Shown in pieces: positions 11,149 to 20,915 of a DNA stretch of 64,000 bases. The stretch covers positions 3,064 to 67,063 of the forward strand of contig JAUVDV010000022.1 of NCBI GenBank assembly GCA_030595125.1, given 5' to 3'. The position numbers and the translations under genes are program-made. The DNA comes from Deltaproteobacteria bacterium. GTDB taxonomy: Bacteria > Myxococcota_A > Polyangia > JAAYKL01. The notes below the pieces were generated by a model. It did not search any database and was not told the DNA's origin. It saw nothing but the letters and a program-made list of their open reading frames with translations. Position 1 is the first letter of the stretch. Each line of letters begins with the position of its first letter.

Positions 11149-11357
11149 AGCCCCTCCCAAATAGGGTTGCGCATACTTCCGATTAGATTATTCACACCTC
11201 CGATACCATCGGAGACCCAGTCTACCCTATCGGACGTACTTGTTTTCATATCGGAATAACTCTTGTTTATATCGGAGTGATGATAAACTTTATCGCACGC
11301 ACTACCTATTGCATCTACCAGAAATCACACCCCATCCAGGCAGCTCCAAAGGGCGAA

Positions 11358-11396
11358 AAAAAAGTGACTGGCACCCCAAAAAAGTGACTGGCACCC
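11358..11396 (+). repeat. Tandem 20-bp repeat AAAAAAGTGACTGGCACCC; third core copy at 10326-10337
   Basis: GTGACTGGCACC read at 10326-10337, 11364-11375 and 11384-11395. Confidence 0.85.
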
Positions 11397-11504
11397 TTTG
11401 GTCGCCGCTACAGACAAGGACAATCCCCTGGAAAAATGCGCTATATTGAGGTGAGCACTAATTAAATTAAAACCTTTTCACCACGTCCTTCGACAAAGGG
11501 ATCG

Positions 11505-12128
11505 ATGGAGTGCATTTTGACCGAGGGGAATACAGTCGAGCAGCGCGAGGCGCATGACGATCGGGATCTGGTTCGTCGCGCGCAGGCCGGGGATCGTGAG
11601 GCGACAGGGGATCTGTTCGTGCTTCATTCCCACGCGGTCCGGCGTCTTCTCACAAGCGTGATCGGCCCCAACGCCGATCTCGACGATCTGACCCAGGAAG
11701 TCTTCTTGCGCGCTCACCGGTCCCTGCCCGGTTTCAGGGGGAAATCCAGATTCGCAACATGGCTGCACCGCCTCACGGTGAACACGGCCATCAGCCACCT
11801 GCGCAAAATGAAAAACAAGCAAGTGCTCATGGACCCCGTCGTCCTGGAGGTCGTCGCGGGCGATGATTCCGCCTCGGTGCACGATTGCGCGATGGGCCGT
11901 GAGATGGTTCGGCGGCTTTACAGGATCCTGGACACGGTGTCGCACAAACGGCGCGCCGCGTTCACCCTGTTTGAGATCGAGGGCCGTTCCCTGGCCTCGC
12001 TGGCCGAGATCCTGGGTATCTCCAGGGCATCGGCCAAGTCCCGCGTGTGGTTCGCACGGCGGGAGATAACAAAGAAGGCGGGCGACGATCCCTACCTGGG
12101 ACCACTCTTGCGGGAGTTGAAACAGTGA
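11505..12128 (+). CDS. ECF RNA polymerase sigma factor
   Basis: Region 2 DDLTQEVFLRAH..F.TWLHRL.VN; region 4 LAEILGIS..AKSRVWFAR. Confidence 0.92.
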   Translation: MECILTEGNTVEQREAHDDRDLVRRAQAGDREATGDLFVLHSHAVRRLLTSVIGPNADLDDLTQEVFLRAHRSLPGFRGKSRFATWLHRLTVNTAISHLRKMKNKQVLMDPVVLEVVAGDDSASVHDCAMGREMVRRLYRILDTVSHKRRAAFTLFEIEGRSLASLAEILGISRASAKSRVWFARREITKKAGDDPYLGPLLRELKQ

Positions 12129-13219
12129 TGGACAAGATGAGACACGAAAACGGCAAAAAACTCCTGGGTGAACTTCGCGACGAGTTGTACGCGGAGGTGG
12201 CCCGGAGTGACTCGCGGCTTGAGATGGATCGCAGAAGGCTCGTTGCCCGTATCGGTCGGCAGGAACCGGAAAGAGCCTCGAGAAAAGGTCTTATTGTCGG
12301 CTTGTCCCTCGGGGCGGCCGTTGCCGCCGCCGCGCTCGCCCTGTTTGTGCTTATGCCAATCGAGGAGCAGGCGCCGCCCCGGCCCATCTCCCTCTCCGGA
12401 TTGTGGCGAGTCGACTCCGGAGACGCCGTCAGCGCGGGTAGTGAGATCCGGGTCCCACCAAATGCGGGCGCCAAACTGGTAATGAAGGATCACACGACCT
12501 TCTGGCTCGGCGCGTCGACTCGCGCGTCTATGAAAGACGGCGATCCATCGACGATAACGCTCACCCACGGGCGAATGCTCACCGTGGTTACCCCGAGGAA
12601 AGCCGGATCCTGTTTAACGGTGAAAACTCCCCTGGGCAACGTCAGGATTCACGGGACCACATTGTCTATCCTGGTGGATGGTGAATCCATGCGGGTGAGG
12701 CTCCATGAGGGCACCGTGGATGTGATCTCGAACGGGGAGACAATACCCGTCTCTCCGGGGCATCAGGTGGAAGTGCGTCAGGGTGCCGCCCTTGTCGTCA
12801 GTCCGGTCGATCGCGCGGGAGTTCTGGCCGATCTCATGATCGCGGAGAAGACCGCTGATCTTGACGGCCCGCCCGTTCCCCGGATCGACCCGGCAGTCGA
12901 GAAGCCCGCCAAAAAGGCGAAAGACCGGATCGATCCTGTGATCGATGAAGCACCGACGGCGGAGCCCCCGAAGAAAGTGCGGGATCCACGCATCTCTGTA
13001 CGCAACAAGCCAAAGAAGGATCAAGACGCGGGCGCAACAGGTGAAGTGGAAGAAGAAGTAATAGAAGAAGAACTCTTCACCAAGGCCTACGTGGAGGCGC
13101 AGGCCGGAAATCTCTCCACGGGAAGGAAGTTGCTGGAGGAGTATCTGAGCGCCCATCCGGACGGACGATACTGGCAGCGCGTCGTCGATATCCTGGGCGA
13201 GGAAGCAACCCCTCCGTAA
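12128..13219 (+). CDS. FecR-domain anti-sigma factor with C-terminal TPR-like helix pair
   Basis: Coupled to the sigma gene; one TM helix; FecR-like VKTPLGNVRIHGT..V..HEG.V; C-terminal YLSAHPDG. Confidence 0.8.
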   Translation: MDKMRHENGKKLLGELRDELYAEVARSDSRLEMDRRRLVARIGRQEPERASRKGLIVGLSLGAAVAAAALALFVLMPIEEQAPPRPISLSGLWRVDSGDAVSAGSEIRVPPNAGAKLVMKDHTTFWLGASTRASMKDGDPSTITLTHGRMLTVVTPRKAGSCLTVKTPLGNVRIHGTTLSILVDGESMRVRLHEGTVDVISNGETIPVSPGHQVEVRQGAALVVSPVDRAGVLADLMIAEKTADLDGPPVPRIDPAVEKPAKKAKDRIDPVIDEAPTAEPPKKVRDPRISVRNKPKKDQDAGATGEVEEEVIEEELFTKAYVEAQAGNLSTGRKLLEEYLSAHPDGRYWQRVVDILGEEATPP

Positions 13220-13227
13220 AGCGCTCT

Positions 13228-15747
13228 TTATTGCAGTGTGCGCTCGATACTCGCGAGAGGTCCGTTGTTGTCGTTGCCGGCTATTGCCCACAGATACCCG
13301 TTCACTCTGATTATTTCATAGTATCCCCGGGCCGTGTCGAACGTTGAGGAGTTGCTCGTATGCGAGTGAAGCACATCGGTCGGCGGAGGCGGCGGCACGG
13401 TGGCGGGTTCGTACAGCAAGCGGGATGCCGCAGCGGGGCTGACGGAAGGATCGTCTCCGATGTCTTCCGTGGTAACGGCGCAGAAGGTGAACATGACGTC
13501 GAAATGCAGAGATGCCCCGTGACCATGGGTCGGATGACCGATCTGGAGCAATTCCGACTGGACTGTCCATGCGCTGTTGTCACCGTCGGCGGTCACGATC
13601 TCTGATAACTCAAAGTCCCTTCGACCGGAGTTGTTGTTGCCCTCGTGAGCGTCATCGCCAAGGATTGCCATCAAGTAAACAGGGCCGGTAGGAAGCGATT
13701 TCTCGATTGGACCCTCGGGATCCGGGATGAAGCCCGAGAGGTCTTGCCCCATATTCGTCACTATGACGTAAAACGCCCGCGCATGGTTCATGTCATTGGA
13801 AAGGGCGCTGAACGAGGTGAGCGATCCGTCGGCCAGGATCTCCGCCCGCTCCCCGCTGACGTGGTAGCCCGTGCCACTGGCGTCCGGACGGCCGCCGATC
13901 GCGAAGAGATAGGTGGCATCGTCAATGGTTGCAGAGCCGCTTGGAACCGTTATAACCACTGCCTCGAGGCCTTCCCTGGGAACGGTGAGAGTCGTCGACA
14001 ATGTCTCCCAATTTGTAATGGAGCCGAATGGCAGTGGGGCTATCCCCGCGGAATCCGGTGTGACGGAACCGTCGTCGCTGTAAGAAGTGCCCGCTACACT
14101 ATGGGCCAGAAGGCGTGTTTGCCCCGAGTTTCCGGTTGGATCGACGTTGCGGAAAACATTGTACGAAATCGCTCCGTTTACCGACTCCCAATGAATCGTG
14201 ACAGTGCCGGAACCTCCCGAAACCATTTTTAGCGGGGATGCCAGAGTTTCACCGCTCGGAGTTACCGCGGACACCTGGTAGTACCAGGTTCCCGGTGCGA
14301 GTGTTCCGGTCGAGGCGTCGAAGGTTTTAGTAACGATTGCAGGCCGTGTATCAAGGCCCAGCATCTGCGCTCTCTCAATTGTGTCCAGGGCGGAGGTCGT
14401 CAGCGAGGGTAGGTTGGTGTTGGTGTCCGCGCCTCCCACCGCGTAGATCCATTTGCCGGCGCGCACCAGCGAATGTCCCTGGCGCCCCGTCGGCGATAAA
14501 GAGGAGCCCATGAGGTTGTCCTCTCTGGATGAGGTGCTCTCGTTCCATTGCTGTGCGACCCATGGCACGCCGGGCTCGCCTGTCAAACTGATCGCGAGGA
14601 TCTCGACGTCGCGCAGAACACTGTCTGCGGAATCGAGGCCGCCCGTTGTGTAGATGTAGGTTCCTCCGAAAACATCAAAGCCCGCGACGGAACTCTGTCG
14701 CCACCTGGCCGTAACCAGGGCGTCGGGAATCAAAGCGAAATTGCCCAGGTGACCAATCGCCGCCTCGGTCGCTTCGTAGCTGTAGAAAATGTCATACTGA
14801 TTGTCCGGATTGACCACTCGCACACGGTAAATACCCTGACTCACATCAAGATGGTCAACCTCCGCGATCAGCTCGCCTTCCGACACAAAGGCCGTAGTCA
14901 GGTCGATCGGGGTGTCGTCGGACTCCAGCAACTGGACCTGGGCTCCGTTCTGAAAGTAGTCACCCAGGACGGTCATGTCGAAGTTGGCGGACGCTGGGTT
15001 TCGGAAGGGATCGAGTTCGGAAATATTGGGCGGTGGGGTGACATTGACTTCAAACTCGCCCCTCTCCGAACCGTCCATCCAGAATGCGCCGAGGCCGGAT
15101 GGATTGACTACTTCGACCCAGTACGTTCCAGCCGGCATCGATTCACTCTCGGAAGGGCACGTACCCTCGAGCTCCGTCGAAGAGGCAAAGACCACAATGC
15201 TGGCGGGATAACGCACGCTCGTATCGGAAGTGCTCACCCAGGTCACCATCGGAACTTCCTCGAAACCAGTTCCTTCAACAACAACTTGCTTGTCCGACAT
15301 AATCGCATCCGTATCGGTGCCGATCCAGGCCGAGTCGGGCGTAACCAGCGTCACGGTCATCGGCGCCACATCCAGGGCGTCGAAAGTATTTGGACATACA
15401 GCGATCCCACCGCCCGGGTTGGTCAGGGTCATCTGATAGGTGCCGGCGGGTATCTCACCCTCCGAAACTCCCACCTCCGCGCTGGTCTCGTCGGTGACCG
15501 TAGCAGCGCCGAGAGCTTCGGATGTCGAGGTTGTGGTTTCGGTAACCGAGACCGTCATCCCGTCGAGAAAACCGCTGCCGGTTATCGTGAACTCCGCATC
15601 TGCCTGCGTTGAGATGGCCGCCGGAATCACCGCGTGGCACTCCAGATCGGTATCCGTCGAGCCGTCCAGGCCCCCGTCGGCTTTCGGGTTGTTGCTCGAG
15701 CAAGCCAGCATTGTCAGGCCAACTAATACAAAAATCAGCTTTTTCAT
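13228..15747 (-). CDS. Large surface lipoprotein with IPT/TIG-like, Kelch-like and FN3-like segments
   Basis: Start re-called at 15747 (GGAGGA RBS, MKKLIFVLVGLTMLAC lipobox); repeated V.NP.G motifs, IYAVGG/LFAIGG Kelch motifs, WYYQVSAV..SYNVFR FN3-like segment. Confidence 0.75.
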   Translation of the reverse strand: MKKLIFVLVGLTMLACSSNNPKADGGLDGSTDTDLECHAVIPAAISTQADAEFTITGSGFLDGMTVSVTETTTSTSEALGAATVTDETSAEVGVSEGEIPAGTYQMTLTNPGGGIAVCPNTFDALDVAPMTVTLVTPDSAWIGTDTDAIMSDKQVVVEGTGFEEVPMVTWVSTSDTSVRYPASIVVFASSTELEGTCPSESESMPAGTYWVEVVNPSGLGAFWMDGSERGEFEVNVTPPPNISELDPFRNPASANFDMTVLGDYFQNGAQVQLLESDDTPIDLTTAFVSEGELIAEVDHLDVSQGIYRVRVVNPDNQYDIFYSYEATEAAIGHLGNFALIPDALVTARWRQSSVAGFDVFGGTYIYTTGGLDSADSVLRDVEILAISLTGEPGVPWVAQQWNESTSSREDNLMGSSLSPTGRQGHSLVRAGKWIYAVGGADTNTNLPSLTTSALDTIERAQMLGLDTRPAIVTKTFDASTGTLAPGTWYYQVSAVTPSGETLASPLKMVSGGSGTVTIHWESVNGAISYNVFRNVDPTGNSGQTRLLAHSVAGTSYSDDGSVTPDSAGIAPLPFGSITNWETLSTTLTVPREGLEAVVITVPSGSATIDDATYLFAIGGRPDASGTGYHVSGERAEILADGSLTSFSALSNDMNHARAFYVIVTNMGQDLSGFIPDPEGPIEKSLPTGPVYLMAILGDDAHEGNNNSGRRDFELSEIVTADGDNSAWTVQSELLQIGHPTHGHGASLHFDVMFTFCAVTTEDIGDDPSVSPAAASRLLYEPATVPPPPPTDVLHSHTSNSSTFDTARGYYEIIRVNGYLWAIAGNDNNGPLASIERTLQ

Positions 15748-16005
15748 GTATGTCCTCCGCATATGGGCATTTAAGGTATTGTAAGTTGATCTCAAGTTTA
15801 CTTCCACGATGTTTATCCACGACAGTCGCCAAACTCCGATATACTTGGTCTGGGATACTTGGCCTGGGAGGCGTACAACATGGCTACTAAGGGTTCGCGC
15901 AAGAATAAGTTCCCGGATTTGCGGCGTCGAGGCGCCTGTCCGGCAAGGCACGACGACGAAGGACTGGCGCAGCCAATTCGAAGAGGAGTAACGCAGCCGG
16001 ACGGG

Positions 16006-17373
16006 ATGGATCGGCGGTGCAAAAAGGGAAGTTGTTTTTGCGCGAGCCCTAATAGAACCCTGTTCGCAGTATTGACATTGACGGCGCTGCTCTGGTCCGG
16101 GGAAACACTCGCTCAGATTCATCCTCTTCAAGATACCAGCCCAACTACCCTGACCTCCGGAGGGGTTGCAAATGCGCAAGTAGGTTGGCAATTCACGTGT
16201 AACAGCAGCAGTGTGGTGGTCACAGAACTCGGGTGCTGGTGGCTGGATTCCAATACCAACTCCAAAACACTGACGCTCTTCGACGAATCTACCCAGGCGA
16301 TTCTCGCTCAAGTCACGACAACTCCCGCCACAGGCTGGATCTGGGTCAGTCTCTCTTCCCCGGTTTCGCTGGTAAATGGACACGATTATATCGTGGTAGG
16401 CTTCACATCGACCTCAAGCTATTACTACAATTGTGCCCTCACAGCTCCCTCTCCGTGGATGCCCACGGGGACCATCCAGTATATAACTGAAAGGGCTTGC
16501 ACCAGTTGTACTGCAACCACCTTCCCGACTTCGGTCTTTTCACAAGTCTGTCAATACGGTGTTGTTGATATTGGATACACAACAAATCTCAACTGCGGCA
16601 ACGGCACAATAGATTCCGGAGAAACCTGCGATGACGGAGTTGCAAACGGCAGCACTGATTGCGGCTGCCAGCTCACCTGCGATTACAGCCCCGCCGCAAC
16701 ATCGTGCGGAGATTCGACAGACGATGATTGCACTGATCCTGACACCTGCGACGGCTCGGGTGTCTGCGAAATAAATGACGAACCGGATGGAACCACTTGC
16801 CTGAACGATGGTCTTTTTTGCACCGGCACGGAGAGTTGTGACATCGGCGTGTGTACGTCATCAGGAGATCCATGCGATCCCTTTACGGAATTCTGCGACG
16901 AAGTGTCATCCAGCTGCATCCTGACATGCGGAAACGGCACCCACGAAGGATCCGAACAGTGTGACGACGGCAACCAGACGGATGGCGACGGCTGCTCCTC
17001 CAATTGCATCGTCGAGGATGGGTGGACATGCGATCACGAAGGTGACGCCGGGCCGGACGAATGTGAGGAGATATGTGGAGACGGACTTGTCGTCGGAGAT
17101 GAGGATTGCGACGACGGAAACTCCATTTCTGACGACGGCTGCACCGATTGTTTCGTCGATGACGGTTGGGAGTGCGACGACGAAGAGCCCTCGGAATGTA
17201 CAGAAGGAGGTTCGGATAGTGACTCGGATGTCGACTCGGACTCCGATTCCGACTCGGACTCCGACTCGGACTCGGATAACGATCCTTTGACTATCGATTC
17301 CTGTGCTTGCCGACCCACAGGCAACTCCAGGTTCGGCTCTTTGATCGGAGTCATTCTCACACTCATCGACTGA
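16006..17373 (+). CDS. Secreted protein with myxococcal Cys-rich (DUF4215-like) repeats, SD linker and C-terminal sorting-like tail
   Basis: CGNG...E.CDDGN...DGC repeats; SDSD tract; tail DSCACRPTG..SLIGVILTLID. Start position uncertain. Confidence 0.8.
   Translation: MDRRCKKGSCFCASPNRTLFAVLTLTALLWSGETLAQIHPLQDTSPTTLTSGGVANAQVGWQFTCNSSSVVVTELGCWWLDSNTNSKTLTLFDESTQAILAQVTTTPATGWIWVSLSSPVSLVNGHDYIVVGFTSTSSYYYNCALTAPSPWMPTGTIQYITERACTSCTATTFPTSVFSQVCQYGVVDIGYTTNLNCGNGTIDSGETCDDGVANGSTDCGCQLTCDYSPAATSCGDSTDDDCTDPDTCDGSGVCEINDEPDGTTCLNDGLFCTGTESCDIGVCTSSGDPCDPFTEFCDEVSSSCILTCGNGTHEGSEQCDDGNQTDGDGCSSNCIVEDGWTCDHEGDAGPDECEEICGDGLVVGDEDCDDGNSISDDGCTDCFVDDGWECDDEEPSECTEGGSDSDSDVDSDSDSDSDSDSDSDNDPLTIDSCACRPTGNSRFGSLIGVILTLID
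17215..17277 (+). repeat. Ser-Asp coding microsatellite (GACTCG/GACTCC units)
   Basis: Direct reading of 6-bp units; a similar tract lies at about 18500-18560. Confidence 0.85.
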
Positions 17374-17384
17374 TTGAACTTCTA

Positions 17385-18338
17385 TTGATTACCTCGTCCG
17401 AATTCAAACCTATCTGGTGGCTGGGAAACCCGCACCTGCAGACCCTGTGGCCTGTCTGGTTTGGCAGAAAGCAATTGTATGGCCGCAGCGAACGCCTGGA
17501 GTTGGAAGATGGTGACTTTCTGGATCTTCGCTGGTTTGATGATGATGGTCCTCTCGTGGTCGTGGTGCATGGCCTCGAAGGTTCAATCGATTCCCACTAT
17601 GCGGGCGCAATGATGAAGGCGCTGCAGGAGTATGGTTTTCACGGCTTGTTTATGCATCTGCGCGGTTGCAGCGGCGAACCCAATCGTCTCGACCGCTCCT
17701 ATCACTCTGGTGAAACAGGTGATCTTGCCGCAGTTGTTCGGCATGCAGCAAGAGTGGCCGGCAAGCCTGTTTTTGCCATGATCGGCTACTCGCTGGGAGC
17801 AAATGCGTTGTTGAAATGGCTGGGTGAAGGGGGTGGGCAACCACCTCTGCAGCGTGCTGTTGCAGTCTCTGTTCCATTTCAACTTGGCGATGCCGCGCGC
17901 AAATTATCGACTGGGTTTTCGCGACTCTATCAGAATCATTTGTTGAACAGGCTGCGCCGGAATTTTCGCCGCAAGTTCAGGCGGCGCGCATCTCCATTGG
18001 CGGTTGATGTCGATACGTTGCGTGATTTTTACAGTTTTGATGACAAGGTTACGGCACCGCTGCATGGGTTCAGTGGTGCGGATGACTACTACCGGCAGTC
18101 AAGTTCACGTCAATATCTGAAAAATATTCAATGCGAGACACTCATCCTGCATGCGCAGGATGATCCATTTATGTTCAAAGAGAGCATTCCCGGTAATGAG
18201 GAGTTATCGCAGCATGTGACGCTGGAACTCTCAAAACATGGCGGTCACGTCGGTTTTATCGGTGGAAGAGTTTTTCCACGACGTTGGTTGGAGCCACGGA
18301 TTATTCGGTTTCTCATTCAAAAGACTCAGAGTCCTTAG
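17385..18338 (+). CDS. YheT-family alpha/beta hydrolase
   Basis: NPHLQTLW, HGLEGS, GYSLG nucleophile elbow, DDPF, GGHVGF; TTG start inferred. Confidence 0.9.
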   Translation: MITSSEFKPIWWLGNPHLQTLWPVWFGRKQLYGRSERLELEDGDFLDLRWFDDDGPLVVVVHGLEGSIDSHYAGAMMKALQEYGFHGLFMHLRGCSGEPNRLDRSYHSGETGDLAAVVRHAARVAGKPVFAMIGYSLGANALLKWLGEGGGQPPLQRAVAVSVPFQLGDAARKLSTGFSRLYQNHLLNRLRRNFRRKFRRRASPLAVDVDTLRDFYSFDDKVTAPLHGFSGADDYYRQSSSRQYLKNIQCETLILHAQDDPFMFKESIPGNEELSQHVTLELSKHGGHVGFIGGRVFPRRWLEPRIIRFLIQKTQSP

Positions 18339-18418
18339 GTTGGGGTTCCAAATTCATTTCGATGCCTCTTTTCGATCCATGTTAACATGCTTCCACGTTC
18401 ACATCGAAAGGGAGAGAA

Positions 18419-19144
18419 ATGAGGTACTTGCTTTTGATAGTACTTGCGACCGTGCTGGTTTGCGGTGGGTGTACGGACGATAGCGGTCGCGGTGGATCGA
18501 GTGACTCGGATTCCGATTCAGACAGCGACAGCGATGGCGACAGCGATTCGGATGTCGATTGCTCTCAAGGGGAGTACAGTGGCGATTTCGAGATCAACTC
18601 ACAATCGGATATCGCAACCCTCGCGGGATACACATCGATCTCGGGAGATCTTACAATCAACTGCCCTTCATGCACCGACTTGAGCGAGTTGATTTGCCTT
18701 ACCTCGGTGGGTGGCGAATTGTGGCTCGAAAGCAACTCCACTATCACCAACCTTAACGGGCTGAGTGCCCTCACCTCGGTGGGCGAGGGCTTTGCAATCG
18801 TCGAGAACCCCGCCCTGACCAACCTGGAAGGTCTTGGCGCCCTCACCTCGGTGGGCGAGACCTTTGCAATCGTCGAGAACCCCGCCCTGACCAACCTTGG
18901 CGGGCCTAGCGCCCTCACCTCGGTGGGCCATTTAGGAATCAGATGGAACCTCGCCCTGACCAACCTGGACGGCCTGAACGCCCTCACGTCGTTGGGCGGA
19001 AACTTGAATATCGACGGAAACGCCTCCCTTCCCAACTGCGAGGTGTGCGACCTGATGGACCAACTCAACGGCTTTTCCGGCGGGATATCTGTCTTCAACA
19101 ACCTTGACGACACATGCACGCCGGTTCCGACTAGCTGTCCGTAA
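18419..19144 (+). CDS. Lipoprotein with receptor-L-domain-like Leu-rich repeats
   Basis: Signal with Cys, SD linker, 24-aa repeats ALTSVGE.FAIVENPALTNL.GL. Confidence 0.8.
   Translation: MRYLLLIVLATVLVCGGCTDDSGRGGSSDSDSDSDSDSDGDSDSDVDCSQGEYSGDFEINSQSDIATLAGYTSISGDLTINCPSCTDLSELICLTSVGGELWLESNSTITNLNGLSALTSVGEGFAIVENPALTNLEGLGALTSVGETFAIVENPALTNLGGPSALTSVGHLGIRWNLALTNLDGLNALTSLGGNLNIDGNASLPNCEVCDLMDQLNGFSGGISVFNNLDDTCTPVPTSCP
18767..18990 (+). repeat. Intragenic 72-bp tandem repeats
   Basis: GCCCTCAC-initiated units at 18767, 18839, 18911 and 18980 (spacings 72, 72, 69). Confidence 0.85.
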
Positions 19145-19345
19145 AGGGATGCAGGTTACGCGCTATGCCGTCCCCAAATCGTCAAATCGTCAGGGTCGTT
19201 ATAAATAGGATCAACGGCGAACGGCGGCGAGCGCCAGCGACCGCCGCATAATAACGTGCGGCCTCTAAAACCTTTACCCACCCTTTAGCGACAAAGAGAT
19301 CAGACAGGCCAGGGGCGCCGGGCCACTCAAAAAGAAAGGTCAGAC

Positions 19346-19591
19346 ATGAAAACGATCATCGCATTGATATGCGCGGGCACGTTTGCGATCGCCGCAACAG
19401 CCGCGTTCGCTCAGCAACCGGAAACGCAGGATGTGACGGAGTACAAGTTCAACGATGAGATCGTGCCGGGGACCCTGCTTCGACCCGACAACTCGATCAT
19501 CACAGCGCGCACCACCGGAAAGGCAAAGAGCCTCATCAGGGTGCGAAAACACTTCATCCCGCACATGCTGAAATCGGTGGAAGATATCTAG
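19346..19591 (+). CDS. cglF: Adventurous gliding motility protein CglF/GltF homologue
   Basis: Signal peptide then Y.F.DE.V.G.L.RPD...SLIRVR.HF.P.MLKSVED, which matches the CglF pattern as I recall it. Confidence 0.8.
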   Translation: MKTIIALICAGTFAIAATAAFAQQPETQDVTEYKFNDEIVPGTLLRPDNSIITARTTGKAKSLIRVRKHFIPHMLKSVEDI

Positions 19592-19605
19592 ACCTGCGGG
19601 TTTAT

Positions 19606-20913
19606 CTATCGTTCAAACGCGTAGAGCCTCTTGTCGTCGCTTCCCACGTATATGGTGCCGTCACGCCCGATGACAGGTCCGCTGTCCACGTGGTCTCCCG
19701 TCTCGTGTTTCCAGACGAGCTTTCCTTCCGGTGAGAGGCAATAGACGAATCGATCGCGCCCGCCGAAATAGACATATCCCTGCGCGTCCACGAGCGCGCC
19801 CGACTGGATGCCGAAAAAAGCTCCCTCGCCGGGAAGGGTGTGGAATCTCCATTTCTCTTTGCCCCCGGATGCCTCGTAAGCGGCGATAAATGGCTTGTTC
19901 CCGAAGGTCGACGCAAAGACCGTGCCGTCGTGACCGACAGATATTGGTGCCCTGATGGGCGCGCCCACGTCGGTTTCCCAGCGAAGGGCTCCCCCCGGAG
20001 CGACCGCCCGGAGTTTCCCGTCGTCAGAGCCGAAGTAGACCGTCCCGTCGTCGCCGATGGCCGGCGTGCTGTCGTTGTCCTTGCCGGTCTTCATGCTCCA
20101 CAGCACCTTTGCGCTCTGGCTAAGCGCAAAGAAGTAGTTGCCCTGAGTTCCGAAATAGATCGATCCATCGCGACCGATGGCCGGGGAAGAAAAGATCTTC
20201 ACGCGGCCCAGACCTGCCTCGAACACCCACCTCAACCCGCCCGCGAGAGGTCGAAGAGCGAACAGGTTGTTGTGACAACCGAAGACAATCGAGCCGTCCG
20301 ACATCAACGCCGGGGAGGTGTCCACGTCGTATCTGCCCGCCTCCGGCTTGTCGCCCCTCTTTGCGGGCACCGTCGTCTCGAAAACCCACGACTCCTTCCC
20401 GGAAGGCTCGATGGCGACGAGCCTGTCCGCGTCGCTGCCGACGTAGATCGTGCCGTCTCGAGAAATGGACGGGGATGTCCATATCTTGCCACCCGCATCG
20501 TGGGACCAGATTTCCCGACCGTCCTTTGTTGTGACGGCGTAGAGCTTGCTGTCGTGTGACGCCACGTAGATCGTCTTGCCGTCCGGTGTGATTGCTGCGT
20601 CGGCGAAGATCCTGCCCCGCGTTCGAAAAACCCATTTGAGTTTTGATGATCGCGGGCCGACGACATCCGCACGCCCGGTGCGCTGCCCGGTGCCCCGGAA
20701 GGTTGTCCATCCGTCGCTGCCGGCTGTCGAGGAAACCCTGAGCTCTTTTTTTTCGGTGCTTCCGGCGTCGGACGTAGCCGTGATATCGGCGCCCTCGATC
20801 TTCGAGGATTCACTGGCGACGGCGGCGGTCGGTTTGGGATTATTTGAGGTTCCCGAGGATGAGCACGACATTGAAGGCGTGAGCAAAAAGAGCGCGATCA
20901 GGAATGGACGCAT
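19606..20913 (-). CDS. PQQ-type beta-propeller lipoprotein
   Basis: Repeated SSPAIG.DGTIYVGS.D..LYA blades. Confidence 0.88.
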   Translation of the reverse strand: MRPFLIALFLLTPSMSCSSSGTSNNPKPTAAVASESSKIEGADITATSDAGSTEKKELRVSSTAGSDGWTTFRGTGQRTGRADVVGPRSSKLKWVFRTRGRIFADAAITPDGKTIYVASHDSKLYAVTTKDGREIWSHDAGGKIWTSPSISRDGTIYVGSDADRLVAIEPSGKESWVFETTVPAKRGDKPEAGRYDVDTSPALMSDGSIVFGCHNNLFALRPLAGGLRWVFEAGLGRVKIFSSPAIGRDGSIYFGTQGNYFFALSQSAKVLWSMKTGKDNDSTPAIGDDGTVYFGSDDGKLRAVAPGGALRWETDVGAPIRAPISVGHDGTVFASTFGNKPFIAAYEASGGKEKWRFHTLPGEGAFFGIQSGALVDAQGYVYFGGRDRFVYCLSPEGKLVWKHETGDHVDSGPVIGRDGTIYVGSDDKRLYAFER

Positions 20914-20915
20914 AG

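Noticed and set aside
11358..11410. Tandem repeat as a mini-CRISPR, or its TGGCAC as a sigma54 promoter
   Set aside because: There are no spacers or cas genes, and no GC at the -12 position after any TGGCAC copy.
15748..16383. N-terminal extension of the 1051-aa minus-strand ORF
   Set aside because: It overlaps the plus-strand gene; a clear RBS and lipoprotein signal place the start at 15747.
19210..19265. GC-rich hairpin (GGCGGCGAGCGCCAGCGACCGCC) resembling an integron attC arm
   Set aside because: No convincing RYYYAAC/GTTRRRY core pair, no array and no integrase; it may just be a terminator-like stem.
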